Notes under the pieces: generated by a model
Seen by the model: the letters and a program-made list of their open reading frames with translations, nothing else
Told to the model about the DNA's origin: nothing
Database searches by the model: none
Position numbers and translations under genes: made by a program
Shown here: in pieces, positions 24,975 through 32,656 of the stretch
Layout of the letters: every line of letters starts with the position of its first letter
Numbering within the stretch: position 1 is the first letter of the stretch
DNA from: a virus
Taxonomy: Duplodnaviria > Caudoviricetes
Direction: 5' to 3' (one strand)
Length of the DNA stretch: 64,000 nucleotides
Virus record (IMG/VR): IMGVR_UViG_3300025715_000026
Coordinates: 2,428 to 66,427 of that record

Positions 24975-26534
24975 TCAAATCCTCCAAGACCTCTTCTCCC
25001 AAAACCGCTCGGGCTCCCAGCCCAGGCGGCTGCGGGCAACCGTGCTGTCGCAGCCCACCCACTCGCCGTCGATAAGCAGGCGAGGGTACACGTGGCTGAA
25101 ATCGGCCGGTCGGCGGGGATCGGCCTTGATCGTTGCAAACTCGGCGGGGATGCCCAGGACCATACCGATGGCGGCGATCAGGGTGGAATGGTCGTCGCAG
25201 TTGGAGAGAATCGCCCCGTCCTCAGCAACGAAGTTGTGCGTTCCTGCCACCGAAATGTCACAAACCTCTGCCTCGCCAACGTCGTCTATTTTCTTGATGG
25301 TTATGTTCTCAACCCCCGGCTGGCGCTCCAGGTGGCAGCGCCTGTTCTCCAGATCCTTGCAGGCGATTCTCCACATTGGGCGCTGGATGCGCCCTGCGCC
25401 CCTGGGGTTCCGCTGATACCAAGGAGAAACCGGCCGCCCCAGGATCATGTGCATGACGATCAACTGGTGGGCCAGCCTGTCCGAGTTGGTGTTGTATATC
25501 TTGGAGGCCCGCTCATGCCAAATGCCTCCCGGCTTGGGGATGTAGGCATCCCCCAGGCCGTAGGCCAAAAGCAGAACCTCCATTGCGTCTCGCGACAGGG
25601 ACAGGTATTCGTCGGGAAAATGCTTGACCCACGAGGTTCTTCCGAACATTTCATGGAGGCGCTTTGTGAGCCAGCTCGCCTTAAGGTAAACTAGGCGAAC
25701 CCCATCCTTGCGAAGACGCAGGCGATATGGGATGCCGAGCTGGTCAAGGCAACGGCAGGTGTAGTCTATCAGCGTCTCGTTCTTGTTGGCGATCTCGGCC
25801 CTAAACGGTTCGCCGGAGAACCCCTCTGCCGTGTATAGCCCCTCAATGAAGAGTTGCGCGGCCGAAATACCCGGCGTGCCATTAAGGCTTGGGAGCCGGT
25901 GGGCGCACATTACGCCGCGCATGTACGGCCTGGAGAAACCGGCAATGCCTGCAAGCGGCTCGCGGTGCGGGGTGAAGCGCGAGCTCTTCAGGGTCCAGAT
26001 CTTGTGGTCGGGCGTACAGAAGAAGCTCTGCCCCGAACGCAGGCGTACCCGCTGGACGGGCTTCTTCCCCTTGTCTATCCACTGCGTCACCGGGCTAAAC
26101 ACCCACTGCCGCCCATCCATCGCGTAAGACAGGGCCTCGTAATCGGAGAAGTTCTCCCGAATGTCCCCGACCGCCTTTACCGCATATTGGCCGCTCGCCT
26201 TATCCCGAAGGATGATCTTCTGGCTCAGTGGGATGCAATCGCCAGCCTTGCGCTGAATCGTCCGCAGCGGGGCCTGTACCAGCTCCATGCCCTGCGGCAC
26301 GCCGTCCTCGTCGGCGGCGGTCACCGGGTCGGGCACGTATTCGATGTGCTTCTTGACCCACTCCAGGATGCGCTCGCCCTGGCCCCGGAAGTTGCGGGGC
26401 ATGCCGAAGGCGAACGGGGTGGCGATGCGAATGAACCCCCAGCTCTTGGCGGCTGCGACCGCCAACTCCCTCATGTGCTGGATGGTTCTCTCAGTTCCCC
26501 GCCACCCGGAGGGGATGTACTCGTAGAGGGGCAT
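24975..26534 (-). CDS. Transglutaminase-like cysteine protease (173 aa after splicing) interrupted by an intein
   Basis: Extein join gives GD-CDD; downstream FSHVY and CDST supply His and Asp of a Cys-His-Asp triad. Confidence 0.85.
   Translation of the reverse strand: MPLYEYIPSGWRGTERTIQHMRELAVAAAKSWGFIRIATPFAFGMPRNFRGQGERILEWVKKHIEYVPDPVTAADEDGVPQGMELVQAPLRTIQRKAGDCIPLSQKIILRDKASGQYAVKAVGDIRENFSDYEALSYAMDGRQWVFSPVTQWIDKGKKPVQRVRLRSGQSFFCTPDHKIWTLKSSRFTPHREPLAGIAGFSRPYMRGVMCAHRLPSLNGTPGISAAQLFIEGLYTAEGFSGEPFRAEIANKNETLIDYTCRCLDQLGIPYRLRLRKDGVRLVYLKASWLTKRLHEMFGRTSWVKHFPDEYLSLSRDAMEVLLLAYGLGDAYIPKPGGIWHERASKIYNTNSDRLAHQLIVMHMILGRPVSPWYQRNPRGAGRIQRPMWRIACKDLENRRCHLERQPGVENITIKKIDDVGEAEVCDISVAGTHNFVAEDGAILSNCDDHSTLIAAIGMVLGIPAEFATIKADPRRPADFSHVYPRLLIDGEWVGCDSTVARSRLGWEPERFWEKRSWRI
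25200..26237 (-). mobile_element. Intein (346 aa) with LAGLIDADG homing endonuclease
   Basis: Cys1 CIPLSQK, block B CTPDHKIW, EN motifs LFIEGLYTAEG and LLLAYGLGDAY, block F VCDISVAGTHNF, terminal Ser-Asn followed by Cys+1. Confidence 0.92.
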
Positions 26535-26742
26535 GCCCTTCTCCTCTTTTCTGCCACGTCTCGTGACGGGGCTCGACCTTGACCTGGGCCTCGTCGATTC
26601 GCAGCACGGAGATTGCCTTGCACTTCACGCAGCGGAACGAGATTACGATTCGCGTCCCACCGTACAGCCTGGCGAGGTGCGCATTGCACTTGGGGCAGTT
26701 GAGGTCGAGGTATGGCAGGCCATCGGTCGGTCCTCGCGCCAC
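26491..26742 (-). CDS. Com-like zinc-finger protein (83 aa)
   Basis: CPKC-x21-CVKC spacing and size like Mu Com; GTG start. Confidence 0.6.
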   Translation of the reverse strand: MARGPTDGLPYLDLNCPKCNAHLARLYGGTRIVISFRCVKCKAISVLRIDEAQVKVEPRHETWQKRGEGHAPLRVHPLRVAGN

Positions 26743-26753
26743 GCCGAACCCCC

Positions 26754-26810
26754 TAGAAAATAGCCCCGCCGGACGCGCACTTCGCGCTCGACGGGGCTAT
26801 GTAGCCGCCC
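26754..26810 (-). terminator. Intrinsic-terminator-like hairpin plus U-tract in the leader of the zinc-finger/protease operon
   Basis: Minus strand TAGCCCCG...CGGGGCTA then TTTTCT. Confidence 0.6.
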
Positions 26811-26829
26811 CTTCCAGGATGTCGGTCAG

Positions 26830-26866
26830 ACCTTACCGATAGTCCATCGCCTTGTCCAGCCCAATT
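26830..26866 (-). promoter_or_regulatory. Left-arm promoter P2
   Basis: AATTGGGC-TGGACA-N17-TAAGGT. Confidence 0.65.
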
Positions 26867-26872
26867 CCGGGG

Positions 26873-27304
26873 CTACCGGACCCGGCGGAACTCGGCGTCC
26901 ACGACGTTGCCGTCGCCCCCGCCCGCCTCGTCTCCGCTGCCATCGTCCCCGCCGGCATCGCCATCGCCGTCGTCATCGTCGGACGTCGCGCCGGCCTTGG
27001 CCAGCTCCTCCTCGGCCATCAGGCGGATTGTCGCCTCGGTCCAGCAGGTGAGGAAGTCCCGAATGTCGGGCTTCTTCCGCAGCTCGCCGGTGTCCTCGTC
27101 GCCGAACTTGTTAAAGATCTGCTCGGCGAAGTAGCGGTTGATGACGGTCAGCTCCTGCAGCGTGCTGGCGAGACCATCGAGAATGGCGGCCTTGTCCTCC
27201 TCCGGCACGTCGCCGAAGAAGCGGGCCAGGGCCTGCTCGCCGAACTTGGCGGCCAGGCCGCCGATCACATCGGCACCGGGCCGTGGGGTTGGATTCTCAG
27301 GCAT
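26873..27304 (-). CDS. Acidic hypothetical protein (143 aa, MPENPTP...)
   Basis: Start re-assigned behind AAGGAG; helical with D/G-rich tail. Confidence 0.7.
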   Translation of the reverse strand: MPENPTPRPGADVIGGLAAKFGEQALARFFGDVPEEDKAAILDGLASTLQELTVINRYFAEQIFNKFGDEDTGELRKKPDIRDFLTCWTEATIRLMAEEELAKAGATSDDDDGDGDAGGDDGSGDEAGGGDGNVVDAEFRRVR

Positions 27305-29279
27305 TGGCGGATGCTCCTTCCGGCTGAGCCGGGGTCGTGGCGGCCGGGGCCGCCGGTTCGGGTTTCGCGGCCTTCTTGGCCTTCGGCTTGGCCGGCGCGG
27401 CGGGCGGTTCCTTCGCCCCCTGGGCCTTGGGCGCGTCCGTGGGGGCCGCAGCTGGGGCATCCGCCGGGGCCGCAGGCGCGGCCGGTGCCGGTGCCGGCGT
27501 CGGGGCCGGCTTGGCGGCGGCCAAGCGCCGTCCATAGGCCGCCTTGATGGCCGTGACCTGGTTCAGGGTCCACTGCTGGGCCTCGGCGTCCAGGAGCTTC
27601 GCCCCGACCGCGCCGATCTGGTCGGTGGGCACGTAGGGGGAGACCATCGAGATGATCTCGGTGATCTTCTCGGCCTTGCCGATGCCGGCCATGAAGGACG
27701 GCGGCCCGGCGAGGACCATCTCCGTGAACTTCGACTGCGCCGGACGGGTGTCGAGCTCGGCGCTGAGCTGCGCCCATACCGAGCGGATGAACTTGGACGT
27801 GTCCGGCGCGGCGGGCGGTGGCGCAGCCGGGGCCGCGCCGGGCTTGCCGGCGGAGACACGCGCCAGCACCCGGTCGGCGATGCGCTTGGCAGCCGACTCG
27901 ACCGCCTCCTGCGACATCGCGTCGGGCTTCTGCTGCGCGGCGGCCTGCTCGGGCGTGGGCAGGGTCGGCGACATGGCATTCGTGGCCAGCTTGCCGGCGA
28001 TGATCTGCGTCAGCATGTTCCCCGCCTTGTTGGCCCAGCCCAGGTCGGGATCGCCGTCACCGCCGCCGCCGCCGAGCTGCTTGGCGAACTCCATCCCCTG
28101 CTTCATCAGCTCCATCTGCTTGTCGGCCGTCAGCATGGCCATTTCCTGCTTGGCCCCGGCCGCCTCCAGCAGCAGCTCGGTCTCGCGGGAACGGGCCGAA
28201 ACCTGCGACTCGACCAGGGCGCGGTTGTTGGCCTGGCTCATCTCCATGAGCTTGAGGACGTTCGAGAATTGCTCCTTGCTGGACTCGTTGGCCGACTTGA
28301 TCTGGTCGGCCACGTTGGCCACGACGATCTTCAGCCCCTCCATCATGGCCGTCGTCGACTGCTGCATGGCCTGGATGATGGCCGCGTTGCCGCCGTCGTT
28401 GCCTCGGGAGCTGCGGAGCTCGGCGATGAGCGTCTCGAACCGCCGGTTGCTGTCCTCGCGGATGTCCCGGATCTCGTGCTTGATCGAGAGGCGCTCCTCC
28501 TGATCCTGCAGCAGCCGTTGCACCTCGTCTTCGCTGAGGCCGGTCTCCATCGGCAGCATGGGCTCGGCCGCCGGGGCGGGGTCCTCCTCCTTCGCCACCT
28601 CCTTGGCGGCCTGCAGGCGCAGGCGGCGGGTCTGCAGCAAGCGCGTCATTCGCTCCTCCCGGATTCGCTCCTTCTCGATGTCGTCGAGCGGCTCGGTGCC
28701 GTCGACCTCGTGGTCCCCCATCGTCAGCTCGGGGTCGAACTTCGGCGGCTCGTCGATGTTCACGTTGATCGCCCGCAGTGGCTTGGCGTCGTGCTTCACG
28801 ACGAACACGTATTCCTCGCCGCCCTGCTCGGCCTCCAGCCGGGTCTTGACCACCTCGACGTCGAAGGGCCAGTTGCAGCAGTAGCCGCGAAGCACGCCGA
28901 GCTTGACCTTCTTGCGCTTGTAGACGGCCGGGGCGCGACGCTCGACGGTCAGCGTGCATTTGTAGGGGTCGATGGCGTTCTTCACCAGCCAGATGATCGG
29001 GCGGCCGGTGACGGCGGAGAGGGCGCGGTAGTCCTCGATGGGAGCCAGCAGCTTATCCGACGGGGACATCTGCCTCTTGAGCTCCTCCAGCTCGGACGGA
29101 TCGACCATCTCGATCCCGTCGCTGTCGACCGCCACGCCGGTGCCGTTGCCGTCCGGGGATCCGGGGTCGGCGACGGGCTCGGAGATGCGGATGTGCCGGC
29201 GGGGGCGACCACGCTTGGCGGGGCGTTGCGCGGCGGCCCGCTCCAGGGAGTCCTGCAGTTCAGGGCTATCGTCTGGCAC
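27297..29279 (-). CDS. Large coiled-coil protein (about 660 aa) with Pro/Ala/Lys tail
   Basis: GTG start behind AAGGAG; long E/Q/M-rich helices; first gene of the left arm. Confidence 0.7.
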   Translation of the reverse strand: MPDDSPELQDSLERAAAQRPAKRGRPRRHIRISEPVADPGSPDGNGTGVAVDSDGIEMVDPSELEELKRQMSPSDKLLAPIEDYRALSAVTGRPIIWLVKNAIDPYKCTLTVERRAPAVYKRKKVKLGVLRGYCCNWPFDVEVVKTRLEAEQGGEEYVFVVKHDAKPLRAINVNIDEPPKFDPELTMGDHEVDGTEPLDDIEKERIREERMTRLLQTRRLRLQAAKEVAKEEDPAPAAEPMLPMETGLSEDEVQRLLQDQEERLSIKHEIRDIREDSNRRFETLIAELRSSRGNDGGNAAIIQAMQQSTTAMMEGLKIVVANVADQIKSANESSKEQFSNVLKLMEMSQANNRALVESQVSARSRETELLLEAAGAKQEMAMLTADKQMELMKQGMEFAKQLGGGGGDGDPDLGWANKAGNMLTQIIAGKLATNAMSPTLPTPEQAAAQQKPDAMSQEAVESAAKRIADRVLARVSAGKPGAAPAAPPPAAPDTSKFIRSVWAQLSAELDTRPAQSKFTEMVLAGPPSFMAGIGKAEKITEIISMVSPYVPTDQIGAVGAKLLDAEAQQWTLNQVTAIKAAYGRRLAAAKPAPTPAPAPAAPAAPADAPAAAPTDAPKAQGAKEPPAAPAKPKAKKAAKPEPAAPAATTPAQPEGASANA

Positions 29280-29450
29280 TTGATGCTCCTTCTGGAATGC
29301 CCCGCCGCCCAATGCGGCGGGGACTCGTGACTCGCGGCCCGACGGGGGCGGCGAGGGCGGAGATTGCTCGGTCTACATAAGGCACCCCCTGCGCCAGGGG
29401 GCGCGGTTTGACGGGCATTTGCTCATCGGGCCTATGGTACGCACGCACGC

Positions 29451-29483
29451 AGCTTAGGTCGGCCCCAGGGCGTTGTCCAGCCT
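29451..29483 (-). promoter_or_regulatory. Left-arm promoter P1
   Basis: GGC-TGGACA-N17-TAAGCT, same class as P2/P3. Confidence 0.6.
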
Positions 29484-29626
29484 GAAAACCCGGAATTCGG
29501 GGCACATCTTTGGCTTCGTGTAGCGTTGAGGCCGATTTTCGGGCTTATTTCGGCCAAAGATGCGAGAAAATGTCGCCTCATAAGTGCCAAAATTGGGCGA
29601 GATGTCGCCTAAAATTTGGTTTTTTC

Positions 29627-29655
29627 TTGCTTCGTGTAGCGTTTTGGGGTATGCT
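29627..29655 (+). promoter_or_regulatory. Right-arm promoter
   Basis: TTGCTT-N17-TATGCT behind an AT-rich tract. Confidence 0.6.
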
Positions 29656-29752
29656 CCGGGTGGCCGCAGGGTGGGCCGGGGTGCCCCGGCAACCTGCGGC
29701 GGGACAAACGGCACAGCCGATAGTTGAGCGGCGGCCGAAGGAGGCTGGGAAC

Positions 29753-30283
29753 ATGGAACTCAAGGTGATCGCAGAGGGAACCATTGGCTTCATCGAGGAA
29801 GAACGCCTATCGGATGGATCGCTGGCCCACAACGTAGTCCTCAAGAGCGACGACGACGCGCCGGTGGCCAGGATGGCCTGCCGCAGCCTGGAGGCGGCGA
29901 TAGCCCTCCACAAGGAGATCGAGAAGGTCGTGTGGGTGCAGCCGGCCTGCTCGTGCCCGGCACGTCCGACCAACGACGCGTCCGGCTGCCCAGGCGGTAA
30001 GCCCGCCCCCGGCCCCTGGAGCCTCCGGAGCGATGGGCACCCCGACCTGCCCGGCAGCCTGTGGATCGACGCGCCCTGCGCCGACAAACCGGCCATCGCG
30101 TTCGGCCAGGCCAACGGGCGGCTGATCGCCGCCGCGCCAGAGGCGCTGGAGTTGGCCAGACGCGTGGCCGCACACCTGCGCAATGGATGCCCGGCCGAAG
30201 GCGATCCGACCCGGTATATGCGGGCCGACGAGGTCTCGCTGTACCAGGCAGCCAGGAACATCATCTCCAAGGCCAACGGATAG
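29753..30283 (+). CDS. Phage protein with PGPW...ANGRLIAAAPE module (176 aa)
   Basis: Common phage early-gene motif; AAGGAGG RBS. Confidence 0.7.
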   Translation: MELKVIAEGTIGFIEEERLSDGSLAHNVVLKSDDDAPVARMACRSLEAAIALHKEIEKVVWVQPACSCPARPTNDASGCPGGKPAPGPWSLRSDGHPDLPGSLWIDAPCADKPAIAFGQANGRLIAAAPEALELARRVAAHLRNGCPAEGDPTRYMRADEVSLYQAARNIISKANG

Positions 30284-30368
30284 CTGGCCTCCCAACCCCG
30301 CCGGGGCGGCCGGGGCGTACCCGGCTGCCCGGAGCGCGGGGCGGAGGCGGCAAGAAGGAGGACGCATC

Positions 30369-31466
30369 ATGAAGGCTGGCAAGAACCTGCAGGAACTGGC
30401 GACCGAGGTGAAGCGGCAGAAGGAGACCAAGCGCGACTTCGTCGGGCCGACCACGGCGATGGGCATGTTCGTCGACGGCGGCAACCCGGCCAACCGGGTC
30501 GCCCGGCTGCGGGTGGGCCGCAACGGCGACGCGGCCAGCTTCGACATCAACGACCTGGCCCACGAGCAGATCGGCGACCGCCTGGAGATCCCCCGCCGCT
30601 ACTACGAGCGGATGCTCCAGAGCCAGCCGGATCTGCTGGCCGACAACGTCAACACCTGGCTCCGGGCCAAGCCCGAGAAACGCCTGGTCCGCACCCTCGA
30701 CAACCGCGTGCGGGCCTTCCTCAGCGACCGCTACCGCCCGCTCGACAACTTCGACCTGGCCGAGGCGGTCCTGCCCGACCTGCTCGGCACCCCCGGCCTC
30801 CGGGTGGAGAGCGCGGAGGTCACCGACCGGCGCTTCTACCTCAAGGTGGTCAACGAGCGCGTCCAGGGCGAGGTGAAGAAGGGCGACGTCGTCCAGGCCG
30901 GGCTGGTCATCAGCAACAGCGAGGTCGGGGCCGGCTCCCTGGCCATCCAGCCGCTGGTCTTCCGCCTGGTCTGCCTCAACGGCGCGATCATGAACGACGG
31001 CGCTCTCCGGAAGTACCACGCCGGCAAGGCGATGGGCGGCGGGCGCGACGGGGCCGACGAGATGCTGCCCTGGGAGCGGCTGTCCGACGAGGCCCGCAAG
31101 GCGACCGACGCCGCCCTCTGGCTGCAAGTCCGCGACCTGGCCAAGGCCGCGTTGGACGAGGCCATCTTCTCCCAGGCGCTGACCAAGATGCAGGCGGCGG
31201 CCGGGGAAAAGCTGGTCGCCGGCCCCACCGAGGTCGTGGAGGTGCTGGACAAGCGGTTCAGCCTGCGCGAGGGGGAGAAGAAGGGCATCCTGGCCGCCCT
31301 CATCGAGGGCGCGGACCTGAGCCGCTGGGGCGTGGCCAACGCCATCACGGCGGCCTCGCAGAAGGTCGAGAACTACGACCGCGCCACCGACATGGAGCGC
31401 CTGGGCGGGACCATCCTGGAGCTGCCACCGACCAGCTGGAAACTGATCTCGGAGGCCAAGAACTAA
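30369..31466 (+). CDS. DUF932/DUF945-like phage protein (365 aa)
   Basis: RAFLSDRY, GDVVQAGLVISNSEVG, FRLVCLNG motifs. Confidence 0.8.
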   Translation: MKAGKNLQELATEVKRQKETKRDFVGPTTAMGMFVDGGNPANRVARLRVGRNGDAASFDINDLAHEQIGDRLEIPRRYYERMLQSQPDLLADNVNTWLRAKPEKRLVRTLDNRVRAFLSDRYRPLDNFDLAEAVLPDLLGTPGLRVESAEVTDRRFYLKVVNERVQGEVKKGDVVQAGLVISNSEVGAGSLAIQPLVFRLVCLNGAIMNDGALRKYHAGKAMGGGRDGADEMLPWERLSDEARKATDAALWLQVRDLAKAALDEAIFSQALTKMQAAAGEKLVAGPTEVVEVLDKRFSLREGEKKGILAALIEGADLSRWGVANAITAASQKVENYDRATDMERLGGTILELPPTSWKLISEAKN

Positions 31467-31531
31467 GGCTGTGCGGGCAGGCGGGGAGGCGGGCAATACG
31501 GCCCGCCCCCATAGAGGAAAGGAGCGATCAC

Positions 31532-31957
31532 ATGAGCCAACCCGCACGATACACTTCCGAGCATGCTGCGTGGCTTCTGTCCACCGTCGGCGATCTTGCA
31601 ACACCCGACACCACGATCCGTGACGTGCTTCGGATCGTTCTCCCCGACTGGCACAAGCTGACAGGGCATACATGCACGGCCGAGTCCCTGGAGGTGGTCT
31701 ACCACAAGTTCAAGCGGCGGCTGCGGCCGGCGGCTACCGCCCCCGCCGTCGAGCCCCACGCTCCCGGCGAGTACAAGGCCCCGATCCTGCCGCCGGACCA
31801 CGTGGTCATCGCCATCAAGAAGGCCGGCGGGGAGCCGCTGATCTTCTCGACCTACCGCGAGGCCCTCGCCACCGTCAACGGCAACGCCGGGGAGTTCCGG
31901 TTCTTCGCCGCCCGCGAGCTGCGGGCCAGCTACCGCACGATCCTGGCGCTGGAGTAG
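31532..31957 (+). CDS. Hypothetical protein (141 aa)
   Basis: AAGGAG RBS; GC3-rich codons. Confidence 0.6.
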   Translation: MSQPARYTSEHAAWLLSTVGDLATPDTTIRDVLRIVLPDWHKLTGHTCTAESLEVVYHKFKRRLRPAATAPAVEPHAPGEYKAPILPPDHVVIAIKKAGGEPLIFSTYREALATVNGNAGEFRFFAARELRASYRTILALE

Positions 31958-31967
31958 GAGGACACAG

Positions 31968-32219
31968 ATGAGCGTCTCAAAGAAAAAGCTGTCCGCAAGC
32001 GCGGCCGGGGCAGCCCCGACCGGCCCGAAGTACCCCCACGTCAAGGTGCGGCTGGTGGGCAAGGACGGGAACGCCTTTTTTATCCTGGCCCGCGTCAGGA
32101 AGGCAATGGAACAGGCCAAGGTGCCCGACGAGGAGTGGCAGGCGTTCCGGAAGGAGGCCACCAGCGGGGACTACTACCACCTGCTGGCCACGGTCATGAA
32201 GTGGGTGGACGCCTCGTGA
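31968..32219 (+). CDS. Conserved small phage protein (83 aa)
   Basis: LVGKDGNAF...SGDY.HLL pattern seen in phage hypotheticals. Confidence 0.7.
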   Translation: MSVSKKKLSASAAGAAPTGPKYPHVKVRLVGKDGNAFFILARVRKAMEQAKVPDEEWQAFRKEATSGDYYHLLATVMKWVDAS

Positions 32220-32380
32220 AGCGCTCCTGCGCCTGGTGCGGCAAGGAGCTGCCGCCCAACGACCTGCCGCCGGCACCGGAGCTGCCTCCCGACACGGTCA
32301 GCCACGGCATGTGCGACCAGTGCAAGGAGCAGATGGAGGCGCAACGCCGGCCCGAGGAGGGGGAGAATGACGCTCGGTAG
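32216..32380 (+). CDS. Small zinc-finger protein (CAWC...HGMCDQC)
   Basis: GTG overlapping upstream stop. Confidence 0.55.
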   Translation: MKRSCAWCGKELPPNDLPPAPELPPDTVSHGMCDQCKEQMEAQRRPEEGENDAR

Positions 32381-32654
32381 CAGCCAGAAGGCCAAGCTTG
32401 GAAAGTACTGCGACCCCCAGGGGCTCTTCGGCGTGGCCCTGGCCCGCAAGCGCCTGCGGGCCAGGCTGTCGCAGAAAGAACTGGGAGTCATCTTCGGCGT
32501 CCACCGGGTGACGGTCGCCAGGTGGGAGACTGGGGTCATGATCCCGAGGCCGAAGGACATCCGCCGGAAGGACGCCATGTGGCTCCTCGACAAGCTCGCC
32601 GGGGCCAGCGACTTCGAACGGCGGAAGATACTGATCGAGAAGGGGATCGTGTAG
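32367..32654 (+). CDS. XRE-family HTH regulator
   Basis: RLSQKELG..FGVHRVTVARWETG. Confidence 0.85.
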   Translation: MTLGSSQKAKLGKYCDPQGLFGVALARKRLRARLSQKELGVIFGVHRVTVARWETGVMIPRPKDIRRKDAMWLLDKLAGASDFERRKILIEKGIV

Positions 32655-32656
32655 CC

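Noticed and set aside
29510-29752. Upstream in-frame extensions of several right-arm ORFs (e.g. 29510, 30183, 32522, 38239, 39940)
   Set aside because: They run through promoters or upstream genes; downstream starts have RBSs and coupling overlaps
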